Source of the DNA: Amoebophrya sp. A120 | Lineage: Eukaryota > Protista > Dinoflagellata | NCBI GenBank assembly: GCA_905178155.1 | Contig: CAJINV010000004.1 | Span: 11,081,655 to 11,145,654, forward strand | Direction of reading: 5' to 3' | DNA: 64,000 nucleotides | In this document: positions 36,091 through 49,090 of the stretch, piece after piece | Layout: each line of letters starts with the position of its first letter | Numbering within the stretch: the stretch's first letter is position 1 | Notes under the pieces: model-generated | Seen by the model: the letters and a program-made list of their open reading frames with translations, nothing else | Told to the model about the DNA's origin: nothing | The model's database searches: none | Position numbers and translations under genes: made by a program

Positions 36091-38019
36091 GAGTTCAGTA
36101 TCAGTGTCGATTTCTATTTCATCGGAATGAGAATAATTTGCTAGCTGTGCGCAAGAGCTTCCAGTTCCAAAGCCAAACGTCTGCGTCTCGGCCTCGTGTC
36201 ATCATCCTGTCATGGTTTTGACTACACGTCATCTTAAGTTTCAAAAAGCAGCCACAGTACCTGCTCCCGATAGAACCCCGCTGCAAAGTTGCTTCGACAG
36301 ATTTCTCTTTAGCGGCGTCTTCAAATATCTGACACACAAAAAATGGCTCTCCGAGTAAATGTGTGCGGGGCGAGGTATTTACGATGACCGTATCGGTATC
36401 ACAAATTGAAGTATTTTTCGCGTCGTCGACTCAACCTGTTTCTACTGGTCGTGATAGCGTGGAGGTCTAAGCGCCGCGGTTGCAGAAGATCGCCAGAACA
36501 GCTTGACTGTGGTAAAAATGGGGCGCACGTCCGGGCACTTGCGTGGTCGTTAGATTTTTAGAGATATGCAGGTTCAGAAAGCGCGTCACATTTTGGCCCA
36601 GGACGAAGGTTGTGCGCGACTCCTCCGTGTGCTAGCGCGCGAAAACAAAGTCGCAGGATGAGTTTTTTGACCTGCGCAGCTACACTTCTACAATTGCACC
36701 TGAGTTGTCAGGGCCGCTTGTTCTCTCGCTGGCTTCTTTTATGTACTAATAGGTACTTAGTGTGAAAGGAGTGTAGAGAGGTATTAGGCTGGTTTACGTT
36801 TAGAGATAGGGACAGCTGTAGGACAAAAACAAGTTGAAAGTCAAGGTTCCAGTATGTACGTCTTCCACCACTACTTCCACCAGCACCACAGGATACAGAT
36901 TATAATCGTAATGTCTCTGTGAGAGAAGGACAATGACAAGAACAATGTACTGACGCTATTGCTGAGACAAGAAAAAACCAAATCTTGTTGCCAACATCTT
37001 TCGTCTGACTGTTCTATATTCCAACACGACTACCTAGCCATACCATCGCTTTAGCATTGTGTCCTCTAGCCTTATGGTTAATATGCTTTGAAATTAGAAG
37101 ACAAGCGTAGCTACAACTACATTCACTGACGTAGAAAATGTAAGTAAATGTCTTCTAAATCTTCATCCATCAAACGGAAACGTCTATTTATATGTGCCAT
37201 ATTACCATTACGTACGGCCGTTTACAAATTTTCACTCTCGCTCATTCGTGAGAGCCAGCACTACAGTGTCCTTACCGTGCAAAGGACCCTGTAGTGCCAG
37301 GGCGACTTTGATGAATCCTTTTTCGTCCACCTTAGCAGCAGCAGAGTCTGCACAACTTTGTCTTTGTCAACGCCACAAATTAACAGCAAATATCCTCGAA
37401 ACGCACACATGACGAAACAGAAGAACAACAACGATGCGCCGGTTTACAAACCGGAGAACAAATAAATCACGTGGCCATCGAGCTGCCCTTCCAGGAAAAC
37501 GCTGTCTGCTTCATGAGCACTAACAGACCGGATCTCACAAGAGAACGCTAACGCTTTCTCGTTGTCGTTCTTGCTGGACACAATGGCTGGCCCGTTTCTT
37601 CTTTGCTTCATTCGTGGTCAAAGTGAATCACAAATGGAAATTCTAGAGATCGTGGTCGTCGTGAACGTGATGTGGAACACCTCCCGCCAGGTCACTCATT
37701 GCCTTCTTTCTGAACAAATAAAAATGAACCCATAAGCGCCTGGTACTCCACAATACCGGTCGCGGCACCGCTTCCTTGACACGATCAACCGGCACCATGA
37801 CCCGGGCGGCCAAAAGCTGCGTTTTCCTTGGGCGGCACGCGGTGGGACCAACACCACAAACGCGCGCCCGCCGGTGCCCCTGGACGAATGGTTGCGTGCC
37901 TCGGGAACAAACAGGCCGACGAGGGGATGGGCAGCCCGGCCGCAGGCCCACGACGGCAAGCCCCCCCGCGGCGAGGAAAAGCCGACGGGAGTTTATTGGT
38001 TCCCCGGCTGCCGGTCCAG

Positions 38020-38600
38020 TCTACTCTATATAATACTATGCGGCGCGCAGGCGCCAAGAAAGAACGGCCGCAACGCTACCGGGCCGCCGGGCCTGGCCCT
38101 CCAGGCCGGAAGCGGGAGCATGCGGCCGGGCCGCCGCCCCAGCGGTCCGCTCGGGGGGCGCCCCGCCCCCCTCACCACCCAGGGACAGGCGGAGGCCCCC
38201 CAGCCGGAACGACGCCCGCGCTGGCAATCAGGGCCATGCGGGAGGGCGTCAAAATAAAAACAAAAACGCGCCGGGTCGGCAATTGCCTTTCCCTTCCGTG
38301 CCTGTCCTACATTCCCGCGAGGGCGCCCGCGCTCTTCTTGGAGGGTCGCCGGCCTGCTTCACCTGTTGCAGACGACTCTTGCTGCGAGGCTGCTGCCACC
38401 GGCCAGCCTGCTGCCCGAGGAGATTCCCGACCGCCCTCTTGCCATCCGCCGGGAGTGCCTCAAATGCGAACGGCTCGGCCAGGAGCAGGAACGCTGACCC
38501 ACACACGGCGACGCTGTTGGTACAGAAGCCGAAGCCCACCGGGACGCGCCACCTGGCCCTGCGTATGCTACAGAAAGCAACAGGGTGGGCGCAGCTTAGT
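38020..38600 (+). mobile_element. Possible non-autonomous Helitron-like GC-rich element (intergenic)
   Basis: Starts TCTACTCTATATAATAC. Ends with an imperfect hairpin CCCTG..TGCT..AGCA..CAGGG followed by GCAGCTTAGT. No TIR or TSD. The termini are not fully canonical. Confidence 0.3.
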
Positions 38601-39282
38601 TTGCGGGTGCGCTTCGGGCGCGCCCATTTGTCCAAAACAAAAACACAACGAGTGAAGAGATAACTCCCCTTTTCTCCTGCTATTGGCGAGTTTGGGTTTG
38701 GGAATATTCGTACACTCAATCACATTCACTCTCTCTCGCAACAAAAAGTCTTCTTGTACGCTCTTGTGCTGTGTCGCATTTCATGCCCATGGTTCACCTC
38801 GTTTCGTTTTCGTGCCACTCGGGCTCGTTCTTTGTGCCGCTGAGTTATCGCTTCGTCATCGTCCTCTCGTCATCAAGAAGTCTCCACTTTCATACTCTTC
38901 TCGTACGTAGAAGTGACAATTTCGGAAACGGCCCTTCGGTTCGCACATTCAGCACCAGGTCAATGTCGCCGGCGCCGAAGCGATCATTTTCAACTTTATC
39001 GGTACCACATAGCAAAAGAACACTTGGAATCTTTCATGCCAACGCGAAAACAGATGAACGATATGTACGCATAGTCGTTCGACGTAGGTGTGGCAACCGT
39101 CGTTTCGTTATTTTGTAAAATTCGCGCTAAAAAGATTTCAATGAGGAGGTGAGCGCAAGCGATTCTTTTTGTTGGGTCGCCATCTCGTCAGTGACAGTGT
39201 CGAGTTTCTACTCGACATTGAGCTATAGTTCTTGTTGGCGTTGGCATCATGTTGACGAGCTTACGAAATGAATCGCCAGCCA

Positions 39283-41079
39283 CTATCTCCTCAACCCCGG
39301 TCTGTTCCCCTGCCCGGCGTTTTTGGGTTTCACCTCCGCTTCTTCCACCCGGTGCAGGAAGATTTTCCGGGGTATGTTCGTGAAGTTGTGCTCGTGGCCC
39401 TTGCTCCAGTCGTAGCTGCAAGCGTAGGCGAACAGCTGCCCGGTGGGGTTGAACGCGGTCGCGGTAATGGGCGCGCCGACGGCGTTGAACTGTTTTAGGC
39501 GCTGCCGGTTGTCCTTGTCCCAGAAAGTGAAGACGCCTGACATGGATAGGGTGTTTGAATTCGGTGTCGCGATGAGGTCACAAGCACTCAGGAAAAAAAA
39601 AGGTTCAAAATCTAGTCAAAAATGCACGAATCAAAATCACAATTCAAATTCATGGCGTCGCCATCCAGGAACAGCAGAGTCATGCATTCGAAAAAAATCT
39701 CGATACCATCGCTGCCTGCTGTTGAGAAGGTCCCATATGATGGGTGAAAGGCGATGCTGTTCACGGCGTATATCTCATCGTTGTTCCTGTTTAACAAATG
39801 TTAAAGTTAATGTTTATGCTAGTGGTTGGGAAGCAGAATCCGAAGGCAAAACCCAAGATGCTTACTTTACAGACTCATTCTGCAACCAGAAACGACCATG
39901 AAAATTTTTGCAACAAAAAGGAGGAATTCTTCAGTTTCACGCTTTATACCTGTGGCACTTGAACGCGAAGTTTTTGTCTGTCTGCTGGACGTAGGCGATC
40001 GAGCACCTCCCTTCTATGCTTCCAACGGCATACCCTGTCTTGTCCGGGAACGCGGCGACGCATCGTGTCTGCATCTTCAACGCGGTCTCACCGGCTTTTG
40101 CGGGTTGCGTGCTGTTCTTGATGTTGTTGAGGTCGTAGCATAGGAGCTTTCGCTCCGCGGTGCCGACCACAAGCAACGGAAATTGCAGGTCCATGCTGTA
40201 GACCCGCTCGGGAAGGTCAAGTGACGCTGCTGGCTGCGTGCTCTGACCTGTGGGAGTGTTCTTGGAAATTGAACCCATTACCATTTCCATGTATGCTGAT
40301 GTGGATGTGATGTCTGACAATATACTTAGATAACTCCACCAATTTGGCACTTTCTTCGCAAAAAAATGAAATACAAATAAGTGAAAGCCAAATTATCAAA
40401 GCTGATACCTGTCCAGAACTTGATCGTTCTGTCCCAGGAGCCTGATATGAGCATTTTCAGCTCGTCGCACCAGAAGACCTCCTTGACCGGCGCGTTGTGT
40501 TGCCCGATGATCTGCTCTTGGTTGTTCTGCAGATTTCGCATCTTAATTTTGTTGTCGCACCCGCCGGAGAAGAGTATTGTCCCGTCTTTCGAGAACCCAC
40601 AGCACAAAACCGGTCCGTCGTGCTGGTATTGCAACACCGGGTTCGCCTGCACTTGGAGCTGGGCCGCGGTGGCACCAATGCCACCCTGCTGCATGGTCAC
40701 GCTCCACACGCGGATCTGAACGATCATGATTTTTGGGGAGGTTGACAATATTTATATTCGGGTACTATCATGGAAGACTAGGTAAGAAATGCAGGCATCG
40801 GCATGCGCATGTATCTGTGACCACTATGCTATCTATGACCATCACTTTCTAAGTAAGTCTAAGAGGTTTTTTCCATAAAAAGCAACATTTGCCAGACCAG
40901 TCGCCTAAGCCTTTCAAACAGTATGATTGTAGAAGTACTGATCTATCCCAGCTCCCCACAGCGAGTGCATTTTGACAGGACCAGGACAGACACGAAATCC
41001 CGTCTTCGGGTGGGTTTGGCACTTCGATGTCGCCATTCGGGTTGCCGGCGTCTACCTGCGGTTGCCCACCGCCGAACAT
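39283..41079 (-). CDS. RAE1: mRNA export factor RAE1/Gle2 (WD40), 5 exons
   Basis: PPEDGISCLSWS, LPERVYSMD, LKMQTRCVAAFPD..GYAVGSIEGRC, FAFKCHR, IYAVNSIAFHPSYGTFSTAGSDG, FAYACSYDWSKG. GT-AG introns 40716-40938, 40248-40408, 39787-39949, 39537-39706. Confidence 0.93.
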
Positions 41080-42162
41080 GATGGGTCTTTCTGGGAAGAA
41101 CAAGAACCTCTACTCAGAGTTGGAACTGGTATTCGTGGTTGTCCCTCGCTCGTCGGTGGTGGATCGACTTCTTCTTCAGTGAAAACTCGGGTCGCTGCTG
41201 GTCTTCGCGTGTCGGTGTCGCCATGGGATGTTCTTTTACTTTTATTCACTCGATAATGATAAACTTCTAGGTAAAAATTTCAGCCAGTTAACTTTGAATT
41301 TCTGAGGAAAAAAGCGAATGGGATCTAGCTGTAGAAGGCCGTCGCTGTATGAATAAACCGTAGCCAGGTATTCTGACAAAACCTCAGAAACAGAAGCACG
41401 ATTCTGTGATGAAATGAAAGGAGCCCTGTTGACAGATTCGATATTGGAATAAAAGGTTGCTACTCTGGAATCGCTATTGCAGCTTCGCTTCTACTAAAAA
41501 ACATATCAAATCCGCACAGTTTCATCAGCGCTAGTTTTTCATTTCAGTAAATCGAATTATCAGAAATAAATCAGCTCGCGCGACAATTCTAGCGCGAAAC
41601 TTATGAATCGACATCGCAAAAATGGATCGGTACGCAGTGCGTAGTCGGTTTCTCATGAACTGCGGTCTTTCTTGTCTCTGTTTCTGAACTTCTTTTGGGG
41701 CCTGGCGTTATTTGGAACGCCACGTCGGACACGCCCAGCAGCAAAGACGAAGTCCTCCAGCAAGAACGAAGTCGAGTTTAAGGAAAAGAGGTTGATCTTG
41801 ACGTTCGATCAGCCACTGACGGCAATTTTGTTCGCGATTTGCTGAACGACAAAATAATGAAACGCGGTTTTGAAGCAGCAAAAGAACACTCTGCGAAAGG
41901 TTTGCTGGCGACAAAATGCGAAAGGTTCGACAGCCGCGGGGGCCAGTCGACGTCACGGCGCAGAGCGATGATCTTATTCTGATGTTTTCCTCTCTCTATC
42001 TCAGCCTCGGGTAGCTCACCACGATGGACGTAAGTAGTCTTCAGCAGCGCACAGAAAAAAAGTTCGATTGGGAAAAAATCGTGAATAATGTGAAATAGTT
42101 TTGCACGAAGCTGCGAATGTTGACAGCAGACAGTCCGCAAGATAAGCGTCATCACAACCACG

Positions 42163-44485
42163 CTATGCGGACAGAACTGTGTCCAGCATTCCCAGTAATG
42201 GTCGCAAGGTCTTTTCCTGGAGAGACAATTCCCGGCCAACTTTGTCGCGGAGAAGGTTGATAACCTGCATTATCCTTTCGTTTTCCGCCACAACGGCGCC
42301 GTTCGCGTCTACCACCGCGTGAAATAGGCTCACTATCAATCGCCGGAAGGTCACGGCCTCTTGCACGTCGATGACCCGGAGGACCCACTGCAAAATATCC
42401 TGAGTAAAAACGTACCCACACCAGAGTTGTCATGCAAATCTGCATGCCAAAAAAGTTTGTCATGTGGAGCGCCATGAGAGGCATTTTCTAGTCGTCCTTT
42501 GGAATTTGTGATGCTACAATCCGCATGATATACTGGATCTGTGATGCTGCTGAACTAAGTACCTAAACAGGATTACAGCACGAGGAGAAACTTGTCATGC
42601 CAAACGACCAGAGCTGGGTGATTTGTCTAGCAGATTCCCCATCTTGACTCTGGTGTGGGGAAGTTGCTTCAAATGATACAAAACCTGCAAGCACACCGTC
42701 TCCGGGAGGTTTTGGACCGCTTGGTGCAGCGCTGATCGGGACTCCAGTTCGTCCAAAAAGGACAAGGCGTAGCTCAAATTTGTGTTCTTCACGATCGCAA
42801 TCTCCAGGGCTTTTCTGTACTGGAAGTTCTTCAATGCGCTTTCCACCTGGTTCAGCTTTTGCTTTTTCAACTGAATCACTTCGGTCACCGATCCGTCCTT
42901 CTCGATGTCCGGGACTGGTTGCTCCGCGCCGCGCTTGTAGTACCTGGCGGTTAACGGCAACCCCCTTCCGGGGGCTTTGTTTTTGATGATCTTCCGCTTC
43001 TGATCCCCCTGCTTGCCGTTGTTGTTTAAATTCTTTTTCCGGACGCACCAGCTTCCGTTCTGCTGCGCGGTCGCGATCAGGTCGTCGGTGAAGAATTTTC
43101 CGAGTCGGACCGCTGTGGTGTCGTTGTTGTAGGTGAAGAGCGGTGTGTAGTCCGCGCTGTCCCACACCCGGTTGGTGCCGTCGAGGGAGGAGGAAAGGAG
43201 GTAGCGGCCGGAGGGGCTGACGTCCACATGACTCAAATCTTTCGTGTGGTGCTGACCGCCGAAAGTTGCGACGACGGCTGATGTGGAAGTTGTTCATAGG
43301 ACGATCGTTTGATAGCGTTCTTTATTTCAGCAAAAGACTCATTTGACATCAACATGATGATCCCAATCGCATTTATTTCACCTTGTGGTTGCGACCACAG
43401 TTCTTGTTATCAAGCTTACAAGGCTGGTTCACATTCTTCAAGCGGTTTGTAGTTTTCAGACCCAAAAGACAATTGATTGCCGTAATTTCTACCTGTGTCC
43501 GAGCTCATCCTTACGTCGAAAACCCGCATGTTGGTCCCCGCTGAGGCGACAAACATGGTGCTGCCGGGGTAGAACTGGACGCAGCTCACCGGATCCAAAG
43601 ACGTAGTTCCAGCCTCGCTATTCCCGTAGCTGTAACTGCCCACACACCCGTTATTGTTTCCTCCTGCTGATGTTGAACTCGATTGTCCGGAAGTACTAGC
43701 TGTTCGCGCATTAGAATTGGACACCCGGCTGTCCCAGATTTTGCAAATTCCCTCCGCACCGCCCGTGAGCCAAATGTTACTCTGGTCGGGGCTGGGGCAG
43801 AGCGCCTGCACGAAATCGGCGTGCGCGTGGTTCCACGTCATGATGGACCCGGTTCCGGTGGAGGAAGTGATGTCGTAAAGGCGCAAGGTTCTGTCCTTCC
43901 CGCCAGACAAAATTTGGGTTTTGTTAGTGGAAAAGCCGCAACACGTTGGGGTATTCGTGTGGCCCCGGAGACGACGAAGGACGCTGTTAGGCGGAGGTAT
44001 GGAGTTGTCACATGCAAAAACCAAACGATCATGACCGGAACAATTAGACCAAAAAGTTGGACGAGCAATTACATCCACATCTCCAACAATAACAAACTGA
44101 ATCGTCAAAAGCTATAGAAGAATTGACGTATTTATGAAAATCTGTACCTTCCCTCGCTCCATTCTATCACTGCGAGCGAGCCTCCTGCCTCGCCTGCGAC
44201 GAGCAGTTTCCCGTCGTCCCTCGCGTGCATGCAGGTTGTGAAGTCCTTGAACTTGTTGATCTGCAGCACTTGCTCTTTCGTCCGCAAACTCCAAAAGGAG
44301 ATCTTGGTTGAGTGCGCAACGGCGAACTGTCCCTTCTCCGCATTGTAGGCCAGGCCGGTCACCTCGCTGTCTTCCTTGTTTTCCACTCGTTTTCGATAGT
44401 TCGCAAATTCGCTGCCCGTTTCGGAGGAGGCGTGCAGTGCCTTGGCACCGGGCCGGTACAGTTGCTGCAGCCGAACGAATTCCAT
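42163..44485 (-). CDS. UTP15: U3 snoRNA-associated protein 15 (WD40 + UTP15 C-terminal domain)
   Basis: KFKD..RDDGKLLVAGE, LRRLRGH, HADFVQ, LKNFQYRKAL, ELESRSALHQAV, KVGRELSLQE..LLGMLD. GT-AG introns 43984-44147 and 43278-43492, plus element 42396-42678. Confidence 0.85.
42396..42678. mobile_element. TIR introner (283 bp), TSD CAAAA
   Basis: TATCCTGAGT..CCCACACCAGAGT / ACTCTGGTGTGGG..CAAATGATA. CAAAA at 42391-42395 and 42679-42683. Join LQVL|QWVLRV. Confidence 0.88.
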
Positions 44486-45253
44486 TTCTTCTGTGAGCAA
44501 AGAAAGACTAAGCTGATGTGTAGTTTTATTTTGGTAAAGCGATAAGCTAAGTCAAACTACCCGGGTCGCGAGTAGGAAGTTTTCGTGAAAAGCCGGAGCT
44601 GCTACACTTCTAGGCTACAACCGATTCATGCATCAGTAAAGAACGCAGAGGTAAAGAAAGACGTGTTAATGCACTTGATTGGAACTGAAGACAGCGCCAT
44701 CTCGAATGAAACAATTTTTGCCTATGTCGAGCCTACTAGCCTTGGCTTCCTGTTCATGTGAATAAAGGGAAAAGAAAGGATAACGTGGCTGCACGTAGTA
44801 TTTCTACCTCCTGGAGTATCGTTTCACATCAACTTGATGAACTTGCTCCTGATCACCTTGGCGGAAGAAAATCTTTTTGGCAACATACCTCATCGTAAAG
44901 ATCAAGACCAAGATCCATCATCAGGAAACGAGAGGAGCTCAACTACAATCTTTCGAAAAGATCCACGTTGTTTTTTCGCAATGATCTCAATTTTTTGGTT
45001 CCGGATCGGTGAGGCGGGAACAACATCGACAAAAGGACGTAGTCACACGTTCTTGTTTCTCTTTATTGTGCAACGAGAAGTGGCTGCGGTCGTTGTCCGT
45101 CATGACTAGGATCCAAGCGAAACTAACTGCTGCAAGGTTTTATGTGACATGACAAATATATGAACTTGAACAGAACTTCATCGTTAGACGGAGGATCGAG
45201 GCAGTTTTTGAAATAGGTTTACCACACAAAACCGAGCTTGTGACGATTTGAAA

Positions 45254-45344
45254 TTTCAGATCCTCATTTCATTCGGCGCATTTTTTCCGATCCTCGTTTT
45301 ATTCGACACATTTTTTCAGATCCTCGACTCGTTTATTTCGACGC
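45254..45344. repeat. Intergenic tandem repeat, ~30-bp unit x3
   Basis: Three degenerate copies of TTTTTTCAGATCCTCGTTTTATTCGACACA. Confidence 0.7.
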
Positions 45345-47131
45345 TCGAATGGGAATGACATTCATTCAGATTCATCCGCAACAGCTTTCAGTTTCACCGC
45401 AGCAGCACAAGTGCGGCGCTCGACAAATCTTCATTTGCCGGAATTCTTGAAAAAATGTTGAAATCGACTTGTTCTCGATGTCAACATTGGGGCTGTGAAT
45501 CAAAATTGTTGTACTTCACAGGCACCACAGAAAATGAATGAAGAGACATTTTTCGCAGGCAAAAATCTTCGAACAACTATATCGTCTTTCATCTATCTAC
45601 AAAACGGAAACAAGTACACAAACACGAAAGCATTACCAGTACTAAAACTAACATAGTCCAACTCCAAGAGCAAGAACATATATCCATCGACGCACTCGAG
45701 TTTGGCTTCTATCCAGCTGTGCTATAGGTCTATTTTTCTCTCCGGGACGGAGCAGAGCCCCCCTTTCCTTACGGCTTTTGCGTACCGATTTCGGGCCGAG
45801 ACGCAGACGGATGCGGGCGGTCCGTGGCGAATCGACTTGGGTGAAAGCTCCCAGCCTTCATCTGCCAAACTAGAAAAACTCCGAGGTCAGCGGGCGCAGT
45901 TCATTTTTGTGCGGGGTTCGCTAAACCTACGAACGGCGCCAGCACATGCACAAGTTTTCAATCTTGTTCTTGCTCGTGTTCCTCAAAACTTGCTGCTAAA
46001 TCTAACAACATGAAACACGACATCGTAAAGAATCAATGAAACGTACATATACCACAGTAGATCTAAAACATATAAACACTATCAACAACATCAAAAGCCG
46101 AGAGACAGAGACACCACATGCACTACTAGACTGACAGAGGTCAGCGAGGGCGAACTCGGTCGAGATATAACCCCCAGCTTCTGACACAAAATTGTAGAAC
46201 CTATGTATCAGGCACAGGAACTTCTGATATTCTATAGATAGTTAATAATAATATTGGTGACACATCATACAGGTGCCGCGTATTGGCTCAATTTCAGCTC
46301 GGTGCGTCGGTCCTGGATAGGGAAGAAGAGCGAGAAGGCTTCACTTGATAAAACTTGATCAAAAACGACAGACATGCGAAAAGATCCTCTCTAACCTCAC
46401 TACAGCACATAGGACAATTTATTGTCTCCTGTCTGGGCCTCATTACCGATCAAGATGATTGAATTACCAGCCGATGACACTTCGATTGCGCCTGCTGTGC
46501 TCGTCTGATGGCGCACTTTTGAGTCTTCTACCAGAAAAAACCGAGCCAGAATACGGAAAATGACTTTTCCGTACCTATGTTACAACTGGGGACATTCTGC
46601 GGTCAGAACAAATGTGATGTTACTTACCCAGAAGTTAGGAACGGGTTGAAAAGAGATGATCAAAATCATATATTCGTCTTTGTGTCTTTTATACTTGAGG
46701 TCGCGTTTATCGTCAGTGACAGCATCCAGCTATCAACACCTACCGCTGAACCTAAAGTAGAAGTTTCAATTTATCAAGTCAGCAGTGGTATACGATAATT
46801 TTTAGAATAGATTATATAGCTTTAGTGCTAGGTACTATGGCTGACATGGTAAATTTAAATGTCTCAACCATGATACATGTAGTCGTAAATCTTCTCGCGC
46901 GTGTCTTTATGTTTTCATCTTTTGAAGTGGCGATACTTGTACACGACAAAATTATCGCGCTCCTTCGGTTTCTATACATTTTGATTCTTCTGCTCGTCGT
47001 CGTTCAAAACAAAATTTCAAGTTCGCCAGTTGTTACGCATTGTGCAGTATATCAAGCGCGTCGCTGTGATGGCGGGGAAAATGTAAGGCAGCGCCCATCC
47101 TTAGATATGCATATCATGCTTGCAAAATTTC

Positions 47132-48604
47132 TCATTTTCTACGACAAGGACCCCGCTTGGCTTTATTTGAAACGCCTCTGTCCTCCTTCGAGCCGCCAAC
47201 GGCTAAAACCTCATCGCGTATCGTGAGCTCCGCAGCGAGCCGGGCACTTATCATGTCCACGTCGATGTCATCCTGTTGATCATGCTGCAACATGTCACTA
47301 GTTGCAGTTGTTGGGGCTGCATGATGGCCTCGACCTACGTTATCACGAGCTTCAGCAGCAGCGGCAGCTTGCTCAACAGAACCTCCATCCCCCGTCGAGG
47401 GAGGATGCGAGTCCTTCGGCACTGCTACTAGACACGGCGCTCCGATAGGTGCCTCAGGTTGGCTCGCGAATGTAGAAAGGATGAAGAAGGCGGATGAAGA
47501 AGGCGGAGACCTCCGACGCTCTATCGCCCCGCCAAGTTGGAAGTAGGGCGGCGCCTGTCCATCTCCTGCGAAAGCCACATCCTTGTCGTGCCGCGGGGGC
47601 CCCGGAGCAGGTGCAGGAAGTTCGCGTGGTGTCATAGTCATCTTAGCATCGGGGGAAGAGAGTGAAACGTGCTCATGCTTCGCGATCATCTTAGCATCGG
47701 GGGAATAGAAAACATGCTCTTGCTTCGCGATCATCTTCAAAGTGTCAGCCGGATTACATGACCCTCGCATCATGATCGGCGCACTGCGGGAACTGGATGT
47801 GCTCGGAGTCGCTTCGCTATCTGATCCGACATTCGCACACCTGCGCCTGCCGGGGGGAGCAGAACCAAAAGCAAAACTGAAAGGCGACATTACACACCCT
47901 TCCCCTTGATGTCGACAAGTAGGTTGGTATGGCTCCACTCGTCCCGTAGCGCTGTGGTCAGGTCCTGCTGCGAAGAAAGACGTGGCGATCTTCGCTTGAA
48001 CGGTTGACGATGAAGCAGGAGGCACTGACAATGAGGTGAACGCTCCACAAGACGAAGCTGGTGGTTCTGTTTTTACTCCGTTTCTAGCTGGACTAGTAAT
48101 TGGTATCGCTTTAGCATCTGGACAAGGACGCGCAGGCGGAGAAGGTGTGCGGCTTTTCGGCAGCAAGGCCAATGTTGCAGGTAAGCCGGTTCCGGCTCGT
48201 CCCAAGTAATTCGCACTCGCAGACGACGGTCGCTCCGCCCGGTTGCCGGGCAGGTGGGATCTTTCAAAGTTATCATCCCCATAGTCCCACACCGAGTGCA
48301 TCGGCAACGAGCCCAACATGCTGCGTTTCCGCAGATCTAGTCTCGGCGTTCGGGATTTCGAGCGGCTGCGTGTCGCGGCGTAGTGCTGGATGTGTCGGAG
48401 GTCTAGGTGCAGGACCGGTGGCAGCGAGCGGACGCGCACGCGACGCAGCCGACCGCGACCACTCGCATGATTCATAGAGGCGGACGCTACTTCGTGTGGC
48501 GACGATGCGTCTGGGCGAAGGCCAGAAGCGACAGCAGCTATTACCGAAAACGCCCAGTTCACAAAAAGGGTGAGCAAGCACCTTCCTCCTGCCAGGTTCA
48601 ACAT
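47132..48604 (-). CDS. Hypothetical protein with hydrophobic N-terminus and internal duplication
   Basis: ~490-codon ORF. LLTLFVNWAFSVIAAVASG leader. Tandem KMIAKQEHVFYSPDA/KMIAKHEHVSLSSPDA repeat. Confidence 0.5.
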   Translation of the reverse strand: MLNLAGGRCLLTLFVNWAFSVIAAVASGLRPDASSPHEVASASMNHASGRGRLRRVRVRSLPPVLHLDLRHIQHYAATRSRSKSRTPRLDLRKRSMLGSLPMHSVWDYGDDNFERSHLPGNRAERPSSASANYLGRAGTGLPATLALLPKSRTPSPPARPCPDAKAIPITSPARNGVKTEPPASSCGAFTSLSVPPASSSTVQAKIATSFFAAGPDHSATGRVEPYQPTCRHQGEGCVMSPFSFAFGSAPPGRRRCANVGSDSEATPSTSSSRSAPIMMRGSCNPADTLKMIAKQEHVFYSPDAKMIAKHEHVSLSSPDAKMTMTPRELPAPAPGPPRHDKDVAFAGDGQAPPYFQLGGAIERRRSPPSSSAFFILSTFASQPEAPIGAPCLVAVPKDSHPPSTGDGGSVEQAAAAAEARDNVGRGHHAAPTTATSDMLQHDQQDDIDVDMISARLAAELTIRDEVLAVGGSKEDRGVSNKAKRGPCRRK

Positions 48605-49090
48605 TGGTAGCTGGGGGTGTGGCCACAAGAAAACAATGCAGAGCCACAAGAAAACAAAAAACTCTTCTGCCGCTGCAGAAATGTAAATCTAATGTGTCAG
48701 AGCGGGAAAATTTTAGAAAGAACTCATAACTCTATGATCTCGTAAGTATTATCTTATTTCCTTTTTTGATTCAAAATCAGACATTTACATTTTCAACTCC
48801 TTAAACCGACTTGATCGCTGCACAGCAGGACCCACCGGAATACCTGGACAAGTGGGCAAACATGAGATCCAACACCTTCAACAGAGCCGCGGAATTGAAC
48901 AACTCGCGACATTGTTCGCGTGGTGGCTGTGCGTTCCCGAAAGTCAGAACAACGCTGTCAATGCGCATCAATATTATGGTGCAGAGTAAAATTATCCGCA
49001 CCTGAAGACGTGCTTGATGGGTCATTCATAGGTTGCTTCGTTCCACAGGTCAATTTCAATGCTGCACCAAACTTACTTATTGCGTATTCA

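Noticed and set aside
41357-41366. ACCGTAGCCA matches the first 10 nt of the dinoflagellate spliced leader
   Set aside because: The match stops at 10 nt, lacks TTTTGGCTCAAG and is antisense to the genes; likely chance.
45254-45344. ~30-bp repeats as a CRISPR-like array
   Set aside because: Head-to-tail degenerate units with no spacers, in a eukaryotic context.
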